From Thecamonas trahens ATCC 50062 (lineage: Eukaryota > Protista > Apusomonadida): DNA of 64,000 nt. Below the pieces are notes generated by a model. That model saw only the letters and a list, made by a program, of their open reading frames with translations. It was not told the DNA's origin and ran no database searches. Below are positions 11,556 through 23,072 of the stretch, in pieces. The position numbers and the translations under genes were made by a program. Numbering within the stretch: the first letter of the stretch is position 1; each line of letters opens with the position of its first letter. Location of the stretch: NCBI RefSeq assembly GCF_000142905.1, contig NW_013657630.1, forward strand, positions 187,753 to 251,752, given 5' to 3'.

Positions 11556-13709
11556 TCATTCAATGCTGCCGGCGACTACCTCGGCAAACGACTTTTTGCC
11601 ACCCCAACCGGTCGGCGTGCCAGCGGCTTGCGCCTGCGCCTTGGGTGCATCGGCGGAGGTCACGCCGACGTGCATCGAGTCAAACTCGGCGCGCATCTGG
11701 TCGACGCGGTCGAGGTCAGCTTGCGATGGTGAAGCCGAGATAAGGCCGTCATGGGCGTCGTCGCCCGAGGCGGACTCAGAGTGGGCATCCGAGTCGAGGT
11801 CGGGCATGAGGCCCGGCTCGCGGTGCTGGGCAGAGGCGGGTGACGACGGACCAGCGCGCAGGACGGCTGGCTGGCCAACCGGCGGCGGAGCAAGGACAAG
11901 GCCGGCTTGCGGTCCACCGTGGTAGTGATTCTGCTGTTGAGGAGTACAGGCAGCGGCGAGGGCGGCGGCAACGGCCATGCGATGCGAGTGGGCAGCGTAG
12001 TACGCGTTAGGGTCAATGATGGACGATAGGAGCGACGGGGCGTTGCCGAGCGAGCGGCCTGAGGAGGAGCAGCGGAGCAGCGTGTGGTACGCCTTTTTGA
12101 ACTCGTGCTGGATGACGGGAAAGTTTGTGCAGTTGGCGGTGACGTTGGAGGAGGCGTGCGGGTCCTCGATGGCAATGTCGTGGGCGCGGAAGACGTCAAA
12201 CCAGCCAAAGTCGGCCTTTTTGGGCAGGTCGAGCGAGAGGACTCCGGCCTTGGGGCGGATGGAGACCACATCGCGGACAGTGTTGAACTCGCAGCCGTAT
12301 AGCTTGAAAAACTGGAGGAGGCGGGCGCCGAGCTCGCCGTCTTCGACTGACTCAAACTCCTCGTCGAGCGGGTAGTACTTGAGCATGTGGATGATGAGGA
12401 GGACGAGGGCGTGTGAGGAGAGGCCGCCCCAGAACGGCACGTTGAGCTGACGCTCAAAGAGAAAATACTTGAGGGTGACGGTGAGCGGACGGAGCTGCGG
12501 ATAGGCGGCCATATATGAGCGGATGATGGCGGCGTTCTCGGGGCCGCCGCGGACGTCAAAGCAGAGGTCGATGCGGCAGTAGGTGTGCATCTCGGCAATC
12601 TTGATGACAGGGATCTTGGCGGTGGGAATGACTTGGCAGTAGGAGCAAAAGCCTGCAGCGTAGAGCCGCTTGGCGAGCATGTTGAGCTTGTCGGGGTGCC
12701 GAACGCCATAGACGACAATGTCAATGTCCGAGTCCGGGAGGAAGAGGTCTGTGGAGAATGAGCCAAAGACCACGGTGGTGGCCTTGGGCCAGAGCTCGTT
12801 GACATACTTGCGAATCTTGGCAACGTGCGCTTCGCGCATGGCGCGCTCGGGCGGCGACGGCGAGACGTGGCGCACAAAGTCCTTCATCTCCTCGTCGAGC
12901 GACTGCATGGCCGACGCCGTGGACGAGTACGGGTAGTACGCGCGCCGACGGTACGGCAGGATGCGACGCGACGTCGCCTCCATCCACACCGGCGGCTCGG
13001 CCATGTCCGGCGGCGGCTGGACCCGGGCCTTTAGCTCTGCGAGCGAGTGAAACGGACGGGCGGCAGCAAACGGTGGCGGCGGCGGTGAGGCGGTGTCTCT
13101 TCCCCGCGGGCTGCACTGAGCGCCAGCACCACCGCCGCCCAGCTCGCCGAGGCTTGTGTTGAGCCGCCGGGCCGCCCGGGATACGCTCCCGGTCGACGCC
13201 GTCCCGGTTCCGGTCTCGGTTGTTGTCCCGGTCCCCGACGAGCTGCAGGCCGACGAGCTCGACGACGACGAGCCGGACGAGCTCGACGAGCCGGACGAGC
13301 CCGACGACGAGCCTGACGAGCTGCTTTCCGACGAGCTCCCTGTGGCGGTCGACGAGCCCGAGGATCCCGAGACTGAGCCGGTGTCAGACTGCCGCGACCT
13401 GGGCGCCTTGCCCATCTGCAGGCCACGGCTGCGCTTGTCACCATGGGCCAGCTCCTGCGGCGGCGGCGGGAGCTCTTCGCCCGGCGGGCTCTCAGCCAGG
13501 GGCGAGGCGGGTCTGCGGCCTGCGGCCTCACCAGGGTCTGCGCCTGCGGCGGAAGTTGCGGCGGTAGTTGCTGCTACTTCGGTGGCTGCTGCTGCGGCTG
13601 GTTCTGTGGCTGCTGCCGGTGGGCTCTCGCCCGGCTGTTCGTCGGTTGCCGGCGGGCGCTTGTCGGCCTCTGCCGCCTTGGCGCGGGCAGGCTGAGCAGC
13701 GAGGGCCAT
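11556..13709 (-). CDS. TRF4: Non-canonical poly(A) polymerase, Trf4/PAPD5 (TENT4) family
   Basis: VFGSFSTDLFLPDSDIDIVV, AKIPVIKI, LKYFLFERQLNVPFWGGLSS, FFKLYG, IEDP. Confidence 0.9.
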   Translation of the reverse strand: MALAAQPARAKAAEADKRPPATDEQPGESPPAAATEPAAAAATEVAATTAATSAAGADPGEAAGRRPASPLAESPPGEELPPPPQELAHGDKRSRGLQMGKAPRSRQSDTGSVSGSSGSSTATGSSSESSSSGSSSGSSGSSSSSGSSSSSSSACSSSGTGTTTETGTGTASTGSVSRAARRLNTSLGELGGGGAGAQCSPRGRDTASPPPPPFAAARPFHSLAELKARVQPPPDMAEPPVWMEATSRRILPYRRRAYYPYSSTASAMQSLDEEMKDFVRHVSPSPPERAMREAHVAKIRKYVNELWPKATTVVFGSFSTDLFLPDSDIDIVVYGVRHPDKLNMLAKRLYAAGFCSYCQVIPTAKIPVIKIAEMHTYCRIDLCFDVRGGPENAAIIRSYMAAYPQLRPLTVTLKYFLFERQLNVPFWGGLSSHALVLLIIHMLKYYPLDEEFESVEDGELGARLLQFFKLYGCEFNTVRDVVSIRPKAGVLSLDLPKKADFGWFDVFRAHDIAIEDPHASSNVTANCTNFPVIQHEFKKAYHTLLRCSSSGRSLGNAPSLLSSIIDPNAYYAAHSHRMAVAAALAAACTPQQQNHYHGGPQAGLVLAPPPVGQPAVLRAGPSSPASAQHREPGLMPDLDSDAHSESASGDDAHDGLISASPSQADLDRVDQMRAEFDSMHVGVTSADAPKAQAQAAGTPTGWGGKKSFAEVVAGSIE

Positions 13710-14177
13710 GGCGCACGGGAGGATGTGCGAGGAAAGAGGGGAGGGAGGGTGCGGGGGTGGGGGTGAGGGTGGGGGTGGTGGTCTGTGTGCTCGGCCCTGT
13801 CGGCTGTGTAGTCTGCAAGGGGGGTGCCCTGGGAGTCCCCGCCCCTGTGGACGCTCTGATGGGCTCGGCCGAGGAGCGGGCGCAAGGGAGGGGGGAGGGG
13901 GGGGGAGGGGTGAGGGCGGAGAGAGTGTTTGGAGATGGAGTGTGGTGGGTATGTGTGTGTGTGTGGTGGTGGGTGGGGGGAGGGAGGGAGGGAGAGAGTG
14001 TGTGTGAGAGAGAGAGCCGGTGGTTTGCTTGCGTTGTTTCGGTTTGGCGTGCGCTGTGGCGGAGGATCGGGTGCGGGGGAGAGACGGGCGTGTGCGGGCG
14101 TGTGCGGGGGGGGGGGTTGTGTATTGTACTGCGATGTGATGTGGTTGCAGGGAGGGAGACAAGAGGGAGAGGGGAGT

Positions 14178-15312
14178 TTAAGCCTGAGAGGTGGCAGCGA
14201 CAACTGCATCGACGACAGAGGCGATGGCGAGGGCAGCAGGCGAGGAGGCAAAGGGCACAGACTCAGTGTCTTGGGCCCCTGCGGATGCATCTTCGCCAGC
14301 GGCCAGCTCGACAGCCGGCTCGGTGGTCGACTCAGCAGCGCCCAGGACCGCACCGGCTTCGGCGGAGAGGCCAAGGCGCGGATCGATGGGGATGGAGCCG
14401 AGGAAGGGGATCTTGCGCATGCCGGCAAGCGCTTTGCCACCGTCCTTGCCGTAAACGTAGGTAACCTCGTTGCAGCACGGGCAGACAAAGCCCGACATGT
14501 TCTCCACAAGACCCAGGACAGGGATCTTGGTAGTCTCACAAAAGGTGATCTCGCGGCGGACGTCTGCCAGGGCCACCATCTGTCGACATCGATTCGATCG
14601 CGTGATAGGAGGGGGGGGGGGGGAGAAGAGGTGAGTGGGTGCACGGGTTGGCGTGGGAGGGCTCGGTGGAGCACAGCAGCGCATCTCAGTTCTTGGAAAT
14701 GATTTCATGGATGAAGAGGTCTTAAGTCTTCTCAATAACACGGACCAAGTAGTGATCATCGTCGAGGCGTCCGGATGGGGGGGGGGGGGGAGGAGGGGGA
14801 AGCAAGGAAGTTCGTACCTGGGGAGTGGTGACCACCACAGCGCCATCGATGGCGAGGTTGGACAGAGCCTTGACGGCGGCAAGGTGCTCGTCCGAGGTGC
14901 CGGGCGGGGTGTCGATGATGAGGTAGTCCAGCTCGCCCCAAACAACGTCGCGGAGGAACTGGGTAACCATGGCCGACTTGCGCGGGCCACGCCAGACGAC
15001 CGGGTCGTCGCGCGAGGCAAGCAGAAAGGCAATCGACATGACGCACAGCTGGGTGTGGCCCGGCGGGAAGACCGGAACCCAGCCAGCGGTGGCCTGGTGG
15101 GCCGACGCGTCATCAAGACCAAACATCTGCGCCATTGACGGCCCGCACAAGTCGAGGTCGAGGAGGCCGACCTTGAAGCCGCGGGCGACCAAGCCGACGG
15201 CCAGCTGGGCCGCCACCGTCGACTTGCCCACGCCGCCCTTGCCCGACACCACCATCACCGTATGCCGCACGCCCGCCATGCTCTCGGCCACCGTCCGCTG
15301 TGCAGCAGCCAT
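14178..15312 (-). CDS. NUBP2: Cytosolic Fe-S cluster assembly P-loop NTPase Cfd1/NUBP2; exons 15312-14818 and 14579-14178
   Basis: SGKGGVGKST, DLDLCGPS, VVWRGP, DTPPGTSDEH, TPQ|MVALADVRREI, ENMSGFVCPCC; no N-terminal Fe-S motif; intron 14580-14817. Confidence 0.9.
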
Positions 15313-15737
15313 ACCAAAACAAAAAGAAGGGGGGGGGGAGTGTTTGGGTCAAGTGTGTGTGTGTGTGAGGGTAGGGGAGGGGGGCAGGGGAGGGGGGAAG
15401 GGGGATGGGAGGAACGGATGGACAAAGGTCGCGTTCGCAAAATAATATATTTGTCCGTCAAAGTCAAACACAATCTCTCCCTCCCTCCCTCCCTCCACGA
15501 CAGCGGTGGCTGCGGAGGGGAAGGGGAAGGGGAAGGGGGAAGGGGGAGGGAGGACGGGAATGGGATAGGGGGGAGGGGGGGAGGGGAGGGGGGGGAGGGG
15601 GGGGGGGGGGAATGCATCTCCTGGGGGAGGGTGACTCTGACTGGGGAGAGTAGTGCGTGTGGTTGTTTGTGGCTGTGGCTGTGGCTGTGGCTGTGGGTCC
15701 ACTTGCGCGCGCAATTGACCACAAACTGCGATGGGGA

Positions 15738-16815
15738 AGGTGTGCCGTGTGCGCAGGGCAGGGTATCCCCTTTTGGCCTGTGAGTACCCCACATGTGCGA
15801 TATGTCGCGGAACTGAGGTTATCGTGAGGCTTCTTGGTTCTGCAATCCTCTCGACTCCATCATGGCTGGCGACGTGCTGCGCAACTTGCGCGTTTGTAGC
15901 CCAAGCAAGTTAAGCGTGTACTGGTCGCTGGTTTACGAAGATCAAGGTGGTGAGGATGGCAAGTTTCGATGCATGCTGTGTGGGGTGCAGGTCACTGCCT
16001 CGCATGGGCAAGCCCTCCAACATTGCCAACCACATGAAGCACCACCTTGATCCAGCACGTTCGCCGCGATGTGTGAGGCCGTTTTACGAGCAAAGTCGTG
16101 GTTGCGTTCCATGACTAGCTTGCGCATAACGAGAACGAGCCTGGCCCAGAGGTGGTGGAGATCGTGTTTGCCCTAGATGATGCTCCTCCGGGCCCGTGCG
16201 CATCTGCGAACAACATCAGTGCCGGTCCGTCAGCTACGACCGGATGCTATACTGATCTGTTGCAGTATCGTGATGCTTCAACGTTTGTTTGCGCAAGCTC
16301 AAGCGCCGGCTTGCGAGCGAGTCGGGCAGTGTTGTCGGATCGAAGAAGCAGCGCACGGCCCTCGCCCAGCAGGCGAGCAACCGCCCTTCCGCCACTCTGC
16401 TGATCGAGGAGTACACCAAGTCACTTTCTGAGGCCATCTTCGACAACAAATCCATCGGCGAAACGCTGTCGCCTGACGCGCGCTTTCAGCTGATCCTTGC
16501 CTTTGCGCGTACCAAGTGTCGATTCGGTGACGATCCGCACATCCTCGGTCTTATGTAGGCAGCAACGGCGTTTCTCCGATTGCTGCAGCTGCGAGCGTGG
16601 AACGGCTCAACTCGGTGGCCACAGACATGCTCACCCGTAAGCGCTACCGTCTTGGCTTGGAAAGGTTTGAGAAGATGGTGCTTATCCGCAGCTGGATCGC
16701 CGCCCTCTCGGAGCTCGGCATCGAGATGTAACGGAATATTCATTCCGTAGGCCGAGGTAGTCGTCATTCCCGGCTGATATTCCGCGCAACTGCGCCCACC
16801 TCAGGTGTGCCGTGT
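15738..16815 (+). mobile_element. Degraded DNA-transposon relic with broken BED zinc finger
   Basis: SVYWSLV..KFRCMLC..[shift]..GKPSNIANHMKHHL matches the BED pattern; fragmented ORFs with stops; 13-bp direct repeat AGGTGTGCCGTGT at 15738-15750 and 16803-16815. Confidence 0.5.
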
Positions 16816-17115
16816 CGGGTGCGACGGCGCGAGTGAAGAGAATGTGTGCGATTGGCGCAGGGCAAAGTATTGGTGGAGACCAGTGACGCGATTTGGAGGG
16901 AAAGTGTCCAGCAGGCGAGCCGTGTCATGTCGTCTGCTGGCTCGGAGGGGGGAGGGGGGAGGGGGGAGGGGGGGAGGGGGGAGGGGGGGGGGACTTGGCC
17001 CACACTCACTCAGCCCGACCACGACCCTAACCCACTCCTCTCACCCGCCAGCCGGTCTTGGCGAACACCTTCCCTCCACACCTCCGTCCACACCCACCCG
17101 TGTACACACCACACC

Positions 17116-18975
17116 ATGTGGAACATGATAGGGTGGTGCACCCGTGACCCACGGACGTACACCACCGACAACGCCCCTGCCCGCCGCTCCCGCTCGGCCT
17201 CGTCCCCGTCGGCCAGTTGCGAGCAGTACGACGGCGTGGCGCCTGTGCCTGGACCTGGGCCCGGGTCTGCTGCCGAGGTGAGCCCGTTGGTTGTCGCCAC
17301 GGCCTCGACGTCCAACTCTTCGTTTGCTCCGCTGGTGAAGAGCGCGGCGGTCGAGGCCGAGCTGCTGGTCTCGCCGCTGGCGGCCGCGGCGGCTGGCGAG
17401 GGCGGCGACGGGCGGGCGGCGTTTGCTGACGTCCGCCCCGATGAGATGAACGTCCGCCGCGGGATGCCCGGGCGGGTGGCGTCGGCTGGCTTGCTGGGAG
17501 CGCTTCCGGCTGAGCTGGCCGGCACAGCGTCGGCCACGCCCGAGTCATCCGGTGGCGGGTGGTCTGCCGAGGCGCGGCTGCTGCGGCAGCCCGGGGCGCG
17601 GGCGGCGGCGGCGACCAACGATGCGGTCGACAAGCTGCTGGCGGTGCTGGAGGCCGAGTCGATGGCGCGGGCGCGGATAGGAGTTGGTGGCGAGGCTGGG
17701 CGCGGAAGTAGAAGCGGTAACTTGCGGCGTTCCGAGGCCGAGGGTGACGACGAGGCCGGCGGCTCGGGCGGCGAGTCGCGGTCCGACGCGTGGGCCGCAG
17801 TGTCGTCTGTTGAATGGGCGGCGAGGCCCGGTGGCGGGCACAGCTCGCGACGGAGCAGAATCTTGGGCCACGCGCGCGGTGAGTACGCCTTTGTCAACGA
17901 GGGCTGCATCGACGAGGACCGCTTCCACATCGACCTGACCTCGATCGCCTGGTCTGACTACGACTCGCTCTACCGGGTGTTCTGGAACAGGTGTCTCGGC
18001 GAGGGCTCGTACGGGCAAGTCTACCTCGCGCAGCACCGGCCGTCCAAGTCGCTGTGTGTGGTCAAGACCATCCGGCGCGAGAAGGAGGACACGCTCAAGC
18101 TCAAGAAGGAGATCAAGATGCTGCTACTCCTCGCCGGCCACCCGGCCATTGTCCAGCTGTTGGACATGGTTGAGCATCCGCGGCGCAAGCTCAAGATGCT
18201 GGTGTTTGAGTATGTGGCGTACGCCGACCCGCGCGAGCTCATGCTTCATATGAACCTCGACCAGCTGCGGTACTTTATGTACCACGCCCTCCTCGGCATC
18301 AACTACGCCCACTCCCAGGGCATCATTCACCGCGACGTCAAAGAGGCCAACGTGCTGTTTGATCCGGTCGAGTGGAAGGTCCGCCTCATCGACTGGGGCT
18401 TTGGCACCTTTTACTTTCCGCACGTCAAGCACTCGCGCTGGCCGGGCACCCGCTACTACAAGTCGCCAGACCTCTTCCTCCACTACCGGTACTATGACTA
18501 CTCGGTCGACATGTGGGCCTTTGCCTGCATGATGGGCGCTGCCGTCTTCCGGCGCCTGCCCATGTTTCGCTGCAAGACAGATCACAACTCGGCGCAGCTC
18601 ATTGCTATCGGCATGCTCCTCGGCTCGGACGACTACGCCGCATACCTCGACGCCTACGACTTTCCGCTCGGCGGCAAGTTTGACGCCCAATTCATGGCCG
18701 CCTCGGTCCCACGTAAGCGCGTCAAGTGGCGCCGCCTCGTCAACGAGTCCAACATCGACGTCGCCCACCCGGATGCCCTCGACCTGCTCGACAGGCTTCT
18801 GGTGTGGGACCACGAGGTCCGGCTCACCGCGTACGAGGCCCTCGCCCATCGGTTCTTCGACCCGGTTCGCCGGCCCGACCTCGAGAGCAGCGCCCAGCTC
18901 CCGCGCCACCCGCCGTTCCGCACCGCGCTCGTTGGCGGCCGCGCCGCTGAAGCTGCAAGCCTCGGCTACGCGTAG
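17116..18975 (+). CDS. Divergent CK2alpha-like Ser/Thr kinase with long disordered N-terminal extension (start uncertain)
   Basis: GEGSYG, VVK, HRDVKEANV, CK2-diagnostic RLIDWG, YDYSVDMW, ALDLLDRLL..DH..RLTAYEALAHRFF. Confidence 0.85.
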   Translation: MWNMIGWCTRDPRTYTTDNAPARRSRSASSPSASCEQYDGVAPVPGPGPGSAAEVSPLVVATASTSNSSFAPLVKSAAVEAELLVSPLAAAAAGEGGDGRAAFADVRPDEMNVRRGMPGRVASAGLLGALPAELAGTASATPESSGGGWSAEARLLRQPGARAAAATNDAVDKLLAVLEAESMARARIGVGGEAGRGSRSGNLRRSEAEGDDEAGGSGGESRSDAWAAVSSVEWAARPGGGHSSRRSRILGHARGEYAFVNEGCIDEDRFHIDLTSIAWSDYDSLYRVFWNRCLGEGSYGQVYLAQHRPSKSLCVVKTIRREKEDTLKLKKEIKMLLLLAGHPAIVQLLDMVEHPRRKLKMLVFEYVAYADPRELMLHMNLDQLRYFMYHALLGINYAHSQGIIHRDVKEANVLFDPVEWKVRLIDWGFGTFYFPHVKHSRWPGTRYYKSPDLFLHYRYYDYSVDMWAFACMMGAAVFRRLPMFRCKTDHNSAQLIAIGMLLGSDDYAAYLDAYDFPLGGKFDAQFMAASVPRKRVKWRRLVNESNIDVAHPDALDLLDRLLVWDHEVRLTAYEALAHRFFDPVRRPDLESSAQLPRHPPFRTALVGGRAAEAASLGYA

Positions 18976-21190
18976 CCGCCTCCGCCGCCACCGCCACTGT
19001 GGCGGAGGACACGGGCACGCGGCTTGGGCGCGCTCGCGCTTGCCCGCATCCCACTGGCAGCAGGGCGGCCGCGCTCCCGCTCAGGACGGCGCTTGCGGCG
19101 GGCGCTGGACTGCGCCGAGTGCGGGTGCGGGTGTGGCGCTGGCGGGCCGCGGAGCGCGCGCGGGCCGAGGGCGCGACGGGCCGACACCGGGGCGGCTTGC
19201 GGGCCGCGGGAAGCCACGCCGCGGCGGACAACACGCGGCGAGGCCGGAGTCTCGAAGCGGACCGATGACGTCGGCCGCGGGCCGAGGCCGGACATGTCGC
19301 CGGCTGGTGAGAGAGTGTCGGCAAAGATGGCGGTGCTCGAGGCGCGCGGCGGCGAAGCCGGCGCGTCGACCGAGCCCCGCTCGCCGTCGTATGACGGCAC
19401 GTCGGCCATAAACGAGCCATACTCCTCGGGCTTGCCGCCAAACAGCTCGATGGCCTCGATGTTGAGCGCCGAGACGCCGCGCATAAACGCGGACTTCATG
19501 TGGTCCTCAAAGTGCTTCTTGTTAAACTGCGCTGCCGCCAGCGCCTCCTCCAGCTCGGCAATCCGCGCCTCTGCCGTCTCCAGCCGCTCCGAGTACTCGT
19601 CGACCACGATCCGCGTCGCCTCCTCCACTCGCATGGCGCACACGCGCTCGACTGACGCCACCTTTTTCTTCGCCGCGTGCCGATGCCATGCCAGAAGCAC
19701 TCGCCGCATTACGGAGTGGGCATACTTGTGCCGCACCATATGCATCGACTTGGCCACACCCACCCGCCGCTCTTCACCCAGCCGCCGCGCAGCCTCGCGG
19801 TCGGCCTCGATCGCCTGCTCGTCGAGCTTGATAATGTGCGCGTCGAGGACCCGGACGTTGGCTTCCGACTCGTCCAGCGCGCTCTCGAGCACACCGACGC
19901 GCTCGTTGAGCATGGCAATGCGCTCACACAGCTCGGCCTCGGCCGCCGCATGCCGTGCCTCGGTCTCGGCCAGAATGCTGTCGAACCGCGCCTGCAGCAC
20001 GCTCCGCGCGTAGCCAAACTTTTCCATGAACACCGCCTTCATGTCAGCAGCCCAAGCATCAAAGTGCTCTGCCACGTCTTCGGCATCGTCATCGAGCCCC
20101 GCGAGCGCCTCGACCACCGCTTCCGAGTCGGTGACCTGAGCGGCCCCCACTCGCCGCGACGGCGACGGCGCCGGAGCCGTCCGGGCGTCGGGCGACGCCA
20201 GCCGCTCCAGAAACTGGCCGTGCGGCGCCGTGTCGTCTGGCTCGCCGGCGGACTGCGACTGTGATTCGGCCTTGCGCGCGCCTGCCGATGGCAGCACAAT
20301 CGGCTTGCGGGCGCGGGCAAGGAGCTTGGCGTAGGCATCGCCCTGCTCGTCGACAGTGTTGAGAACGTGCTCAAACACCATCGAGCCCGACTCGACCACC
20401 GCTACCGTGTCCGAAAGCATGCGGTCGAGCGAGCCACCAGCAATGTCTGCGCCGATCGCCTCCTTGCGGGCCGCCACCGCCGCTGCCGCGTCCTCCATCG
20501 CAGCCCGCTCATCCTCGGAGAGATTGAGAAAGTCGAGCGGTCGCTCGCCATCGTTGGTCGCGGCATCCAGCGGCGCGCCAGCATCCACCAGCACCCGCAC
20601 CACATCCATCGCTCCGGCGATGGCCGCAAAGTGCAGCGGTGTCCATCCCTTGCCGTTGCAAGCCTTGACGTCGGCGCCTGCACCCAAGTCGCCGCCCGCC
20701 CCAGTTTTGGGTCGTAAGTGGCTTGCGCTTCCCCTGACCCTCTCCGGCGCCCCCCCTCCCCCCCCTCCCCCCCCCCCCCCCCCCCCCCCCCCAACCTCCT
20801 CCCACACAGCAGACCCGGCACGGGCCACCTTCCCCACAACATCTTCCCACATCCTGGCGGAGCGCACTGCAGTCAGCCGCCCCGCCACGCTAGCGGCCGG
20901 ACAAGCGCAGCGGGTGCAGGCGCCAAAAGGGCTCTTTGGTGGCTGGCGGGAGGAGGAGGGCCGGCGGCAGCAGCGGGCAGAGGTGCGCAGGGAGGCAGGT
21001 TAGACGTACCAAAGGAGAGGAGGATGCGGACGTTTGCCAGGCGGTGTGCGTATGCGGCTAGGTGTAGCGGGCTGTTGCCCTCTGCGTCTGTGGCTGCCAC
21101 AGAGGCCCCGCTGACCAGTGCCTCGGTCAGTGGCACTGCGTCACCCTGCGACGCCGCCTCGAAGATGCTCGGCCCGGACGACAACGACAT
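18966..21190 (-). CDS. POC5: Ankyrin-repeat + POC5-like centriolar (centrin-binding) protein; exons 21190-21010 and 20677-18966
   Basis: ankyrin motifs GNSPLHLAA and GWTPLHFAA; POC5 box HFEDHMKSAFMRGVSALNIEAIELF; phase-1 intron 20678-21009. Confidence 0.75.
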
Positions 21191-21501
21191 GGAGAGGAGT
21201 GATGGAGGTGGGGGCGGAGGTGGAGGTGATGTTGCCCGTCATCATTGTTGCCGCCAACATGAGTATCTGACGCGAGATCAGCACACGTGAGGGATTAGGT
21301 CGCGAGCTGGGCGCTCTATGGGTGTGGTGTGGTGGTGGTGGTTGGTTCGGCTGCGGGTGTTGGCTACAGATGGGCGTGCTAGATGGTTAGATGGTGGCCA
21401 TGCCCAGGCCTTGCCGTTTCTGTTCTGCTTTCACTTTACTGCAGGAAATACACTCGCGGGAGGGTACATTCCGTCCATGGCCGCGGTCGGCTGCAGGTGA
21501 G

Positions 21502-22164
21502 CTAGAGGCACGGACCGCATCGCGAGTTTGAGCCGTTTTGGCAGCACGCCGGCTGCGGGCAGGACCACGAGTTGGACGAGATGTCGAACTTGTTCGAGCC
21601 CATGGAGCAAATCCAATCCGGGATGGTGCCGTCGAGCTCGTTGCGGTAGGCATCAAAGGTGCCCTGCGAGATCAGGCTCGTCGAGATGTTGTGAGCAGGG
21701 AGGGAGCCGGAGAGAAAGTTGGTGTCGAGCGCCAGCCGCTCGAGGCTCGGCAGTGAGAGCAGACTCGCCGGAATGGTCCCAGTCAGCGCGTTTGACGAGA
21801 GCTCGAGGACGTTGAGCTTGAGCAGGTTGGCAAACGAGGCCGGAATGGGCCCATCGAGGGCGTTGAAAGCCATGCCGAGGCCCTCCAGATGCGAGAGCCC
21901 GCCCATGGCCGCCGGCAGCGAGCCCGAGAGCGAGTAACCGCCGAGATAGATGTTGACCACATGCCCCGAGTAGCACAGCAGGCCGCGCCATGCCCCATCT
22001 GTGGCACACGCATCCTCAGGCGAGCCCGTCCAACCGAGCGCCTTGCCCCACTGCGCCTGCATGGCGCCAAGGGCCGTCACCTCGGACGCATCCAGCGCAG
22101 ACGTCCCCACGCACCCGCACACCAGCACCACAGCAGCAAGCCCAAACAGGTACGTCTTCCACAT
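21502..22164 (-). CDS. Small secreted LRR protein with plant-type LRRs (LxxNxLxGxIP)
   Basis: signal peptide, N-cap C..W.G..C, about 5 LRRs (FNALDGPIPASFANL), Cys-rich C-terminus, no TM segment. Confidence 0.85.
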   Translation of the reverse strand: MWKTYLFGLAAVVLVCGCVGTSALDASEVTALGAMQAQWGKALGWTGSPEDACATDGAWRGLLCYSGHVVNIYLGGYSLSGSLPAAMGGLSHLEGLGMAFNALDGPIPASFANLLKLNVLELSSNALTGTIPASLLSLPSLERLALDTNFLSGSLPAHNISTSLISQGTFDAYRNELDGTIPDWICSMGSNKFDISSNSWSCPQPACCQNGSNSRCGPCL

Positions 22165-23072
22165 ACTTTACCACACAAAGACAAGTCTTCCACACGCCCA
22201 CCATCACCACCGCCGCTCGCGTCCCCCTGTCTTGCCACCCCCCCCCCCCCCCCCCTCCCCTCCTCTGCCGCCCCTCTGTGCTGAGTGCTCTTTTTTTTCT
22301 TCGAAGGAACAGAAGAATGAATGTCCCCCAAGCCAAGCCATGTCATGTCATGCCTCTGCGGCACGCCTTGCACGGACCGAGGTCTGGAGACGGTACAGCA
22401 TGGGGCGTGTTGTTGCGACTGCTGCATGTATGTATGTATGTGTGTTTGTGGTGTGGTTTCTAGCCGGTTGACTGTGGCTGAGGCACTCGCTAGGCGGCTC
22501 GTGCACGCTGTACGGTGTTGGCCATGGTGGTATTGCACGCACCCATGCACGTGCCCGTGCAGAAGACGGAGAATATGACTACTCTACAAGACCATCCTGC
22601 TCCATGCCACGACCGCCATGGCCCGTCATGGATGAACCCACCACCTCCCATCACCGCCACCGCTCTCCTCCAGCCCCGCGACTCGCTGCTCTGTATCCGT
22701 TTCCCCCATCCCCATCCCGATCACGATCACGAGCCCATCCTCATCCCCCATCCCATCACATCTCCACACCCACCACCCTCCCCCCCTCCCCCTCCCCCCT
22801 CCTCGCCTCCTCCTTCACGCCCCTTTACTCCACACTACCTCTGTATCGCCCCTCCCTCCCGCCCTTTGACCAAACCCGATTAAACGCCGTGTCGCAGTAC
22901 GTCGTCTCACTTTGCTTCTCGCAAACGTTCGGTGACAATGGGAGCGAATGGGCGAAAAGGCGGCTGACCCGGACGGACGGACCAGGTTCGGCTTTTCCGG
23001 GGAGGGGTGCCCCCTCCCCCACCGCCCCACCCACCACCCCACCCTACCCCAGCTACCCACCTTTTGCACACT

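Noticed and set aside
14178-15312. Nbp35/NUBP1 assignment
   Set aside because: No N-terminal CX13CX2CX5C motif is visible upstream; GWVPV and the short N-terminus fit Cfd1/NUBP2
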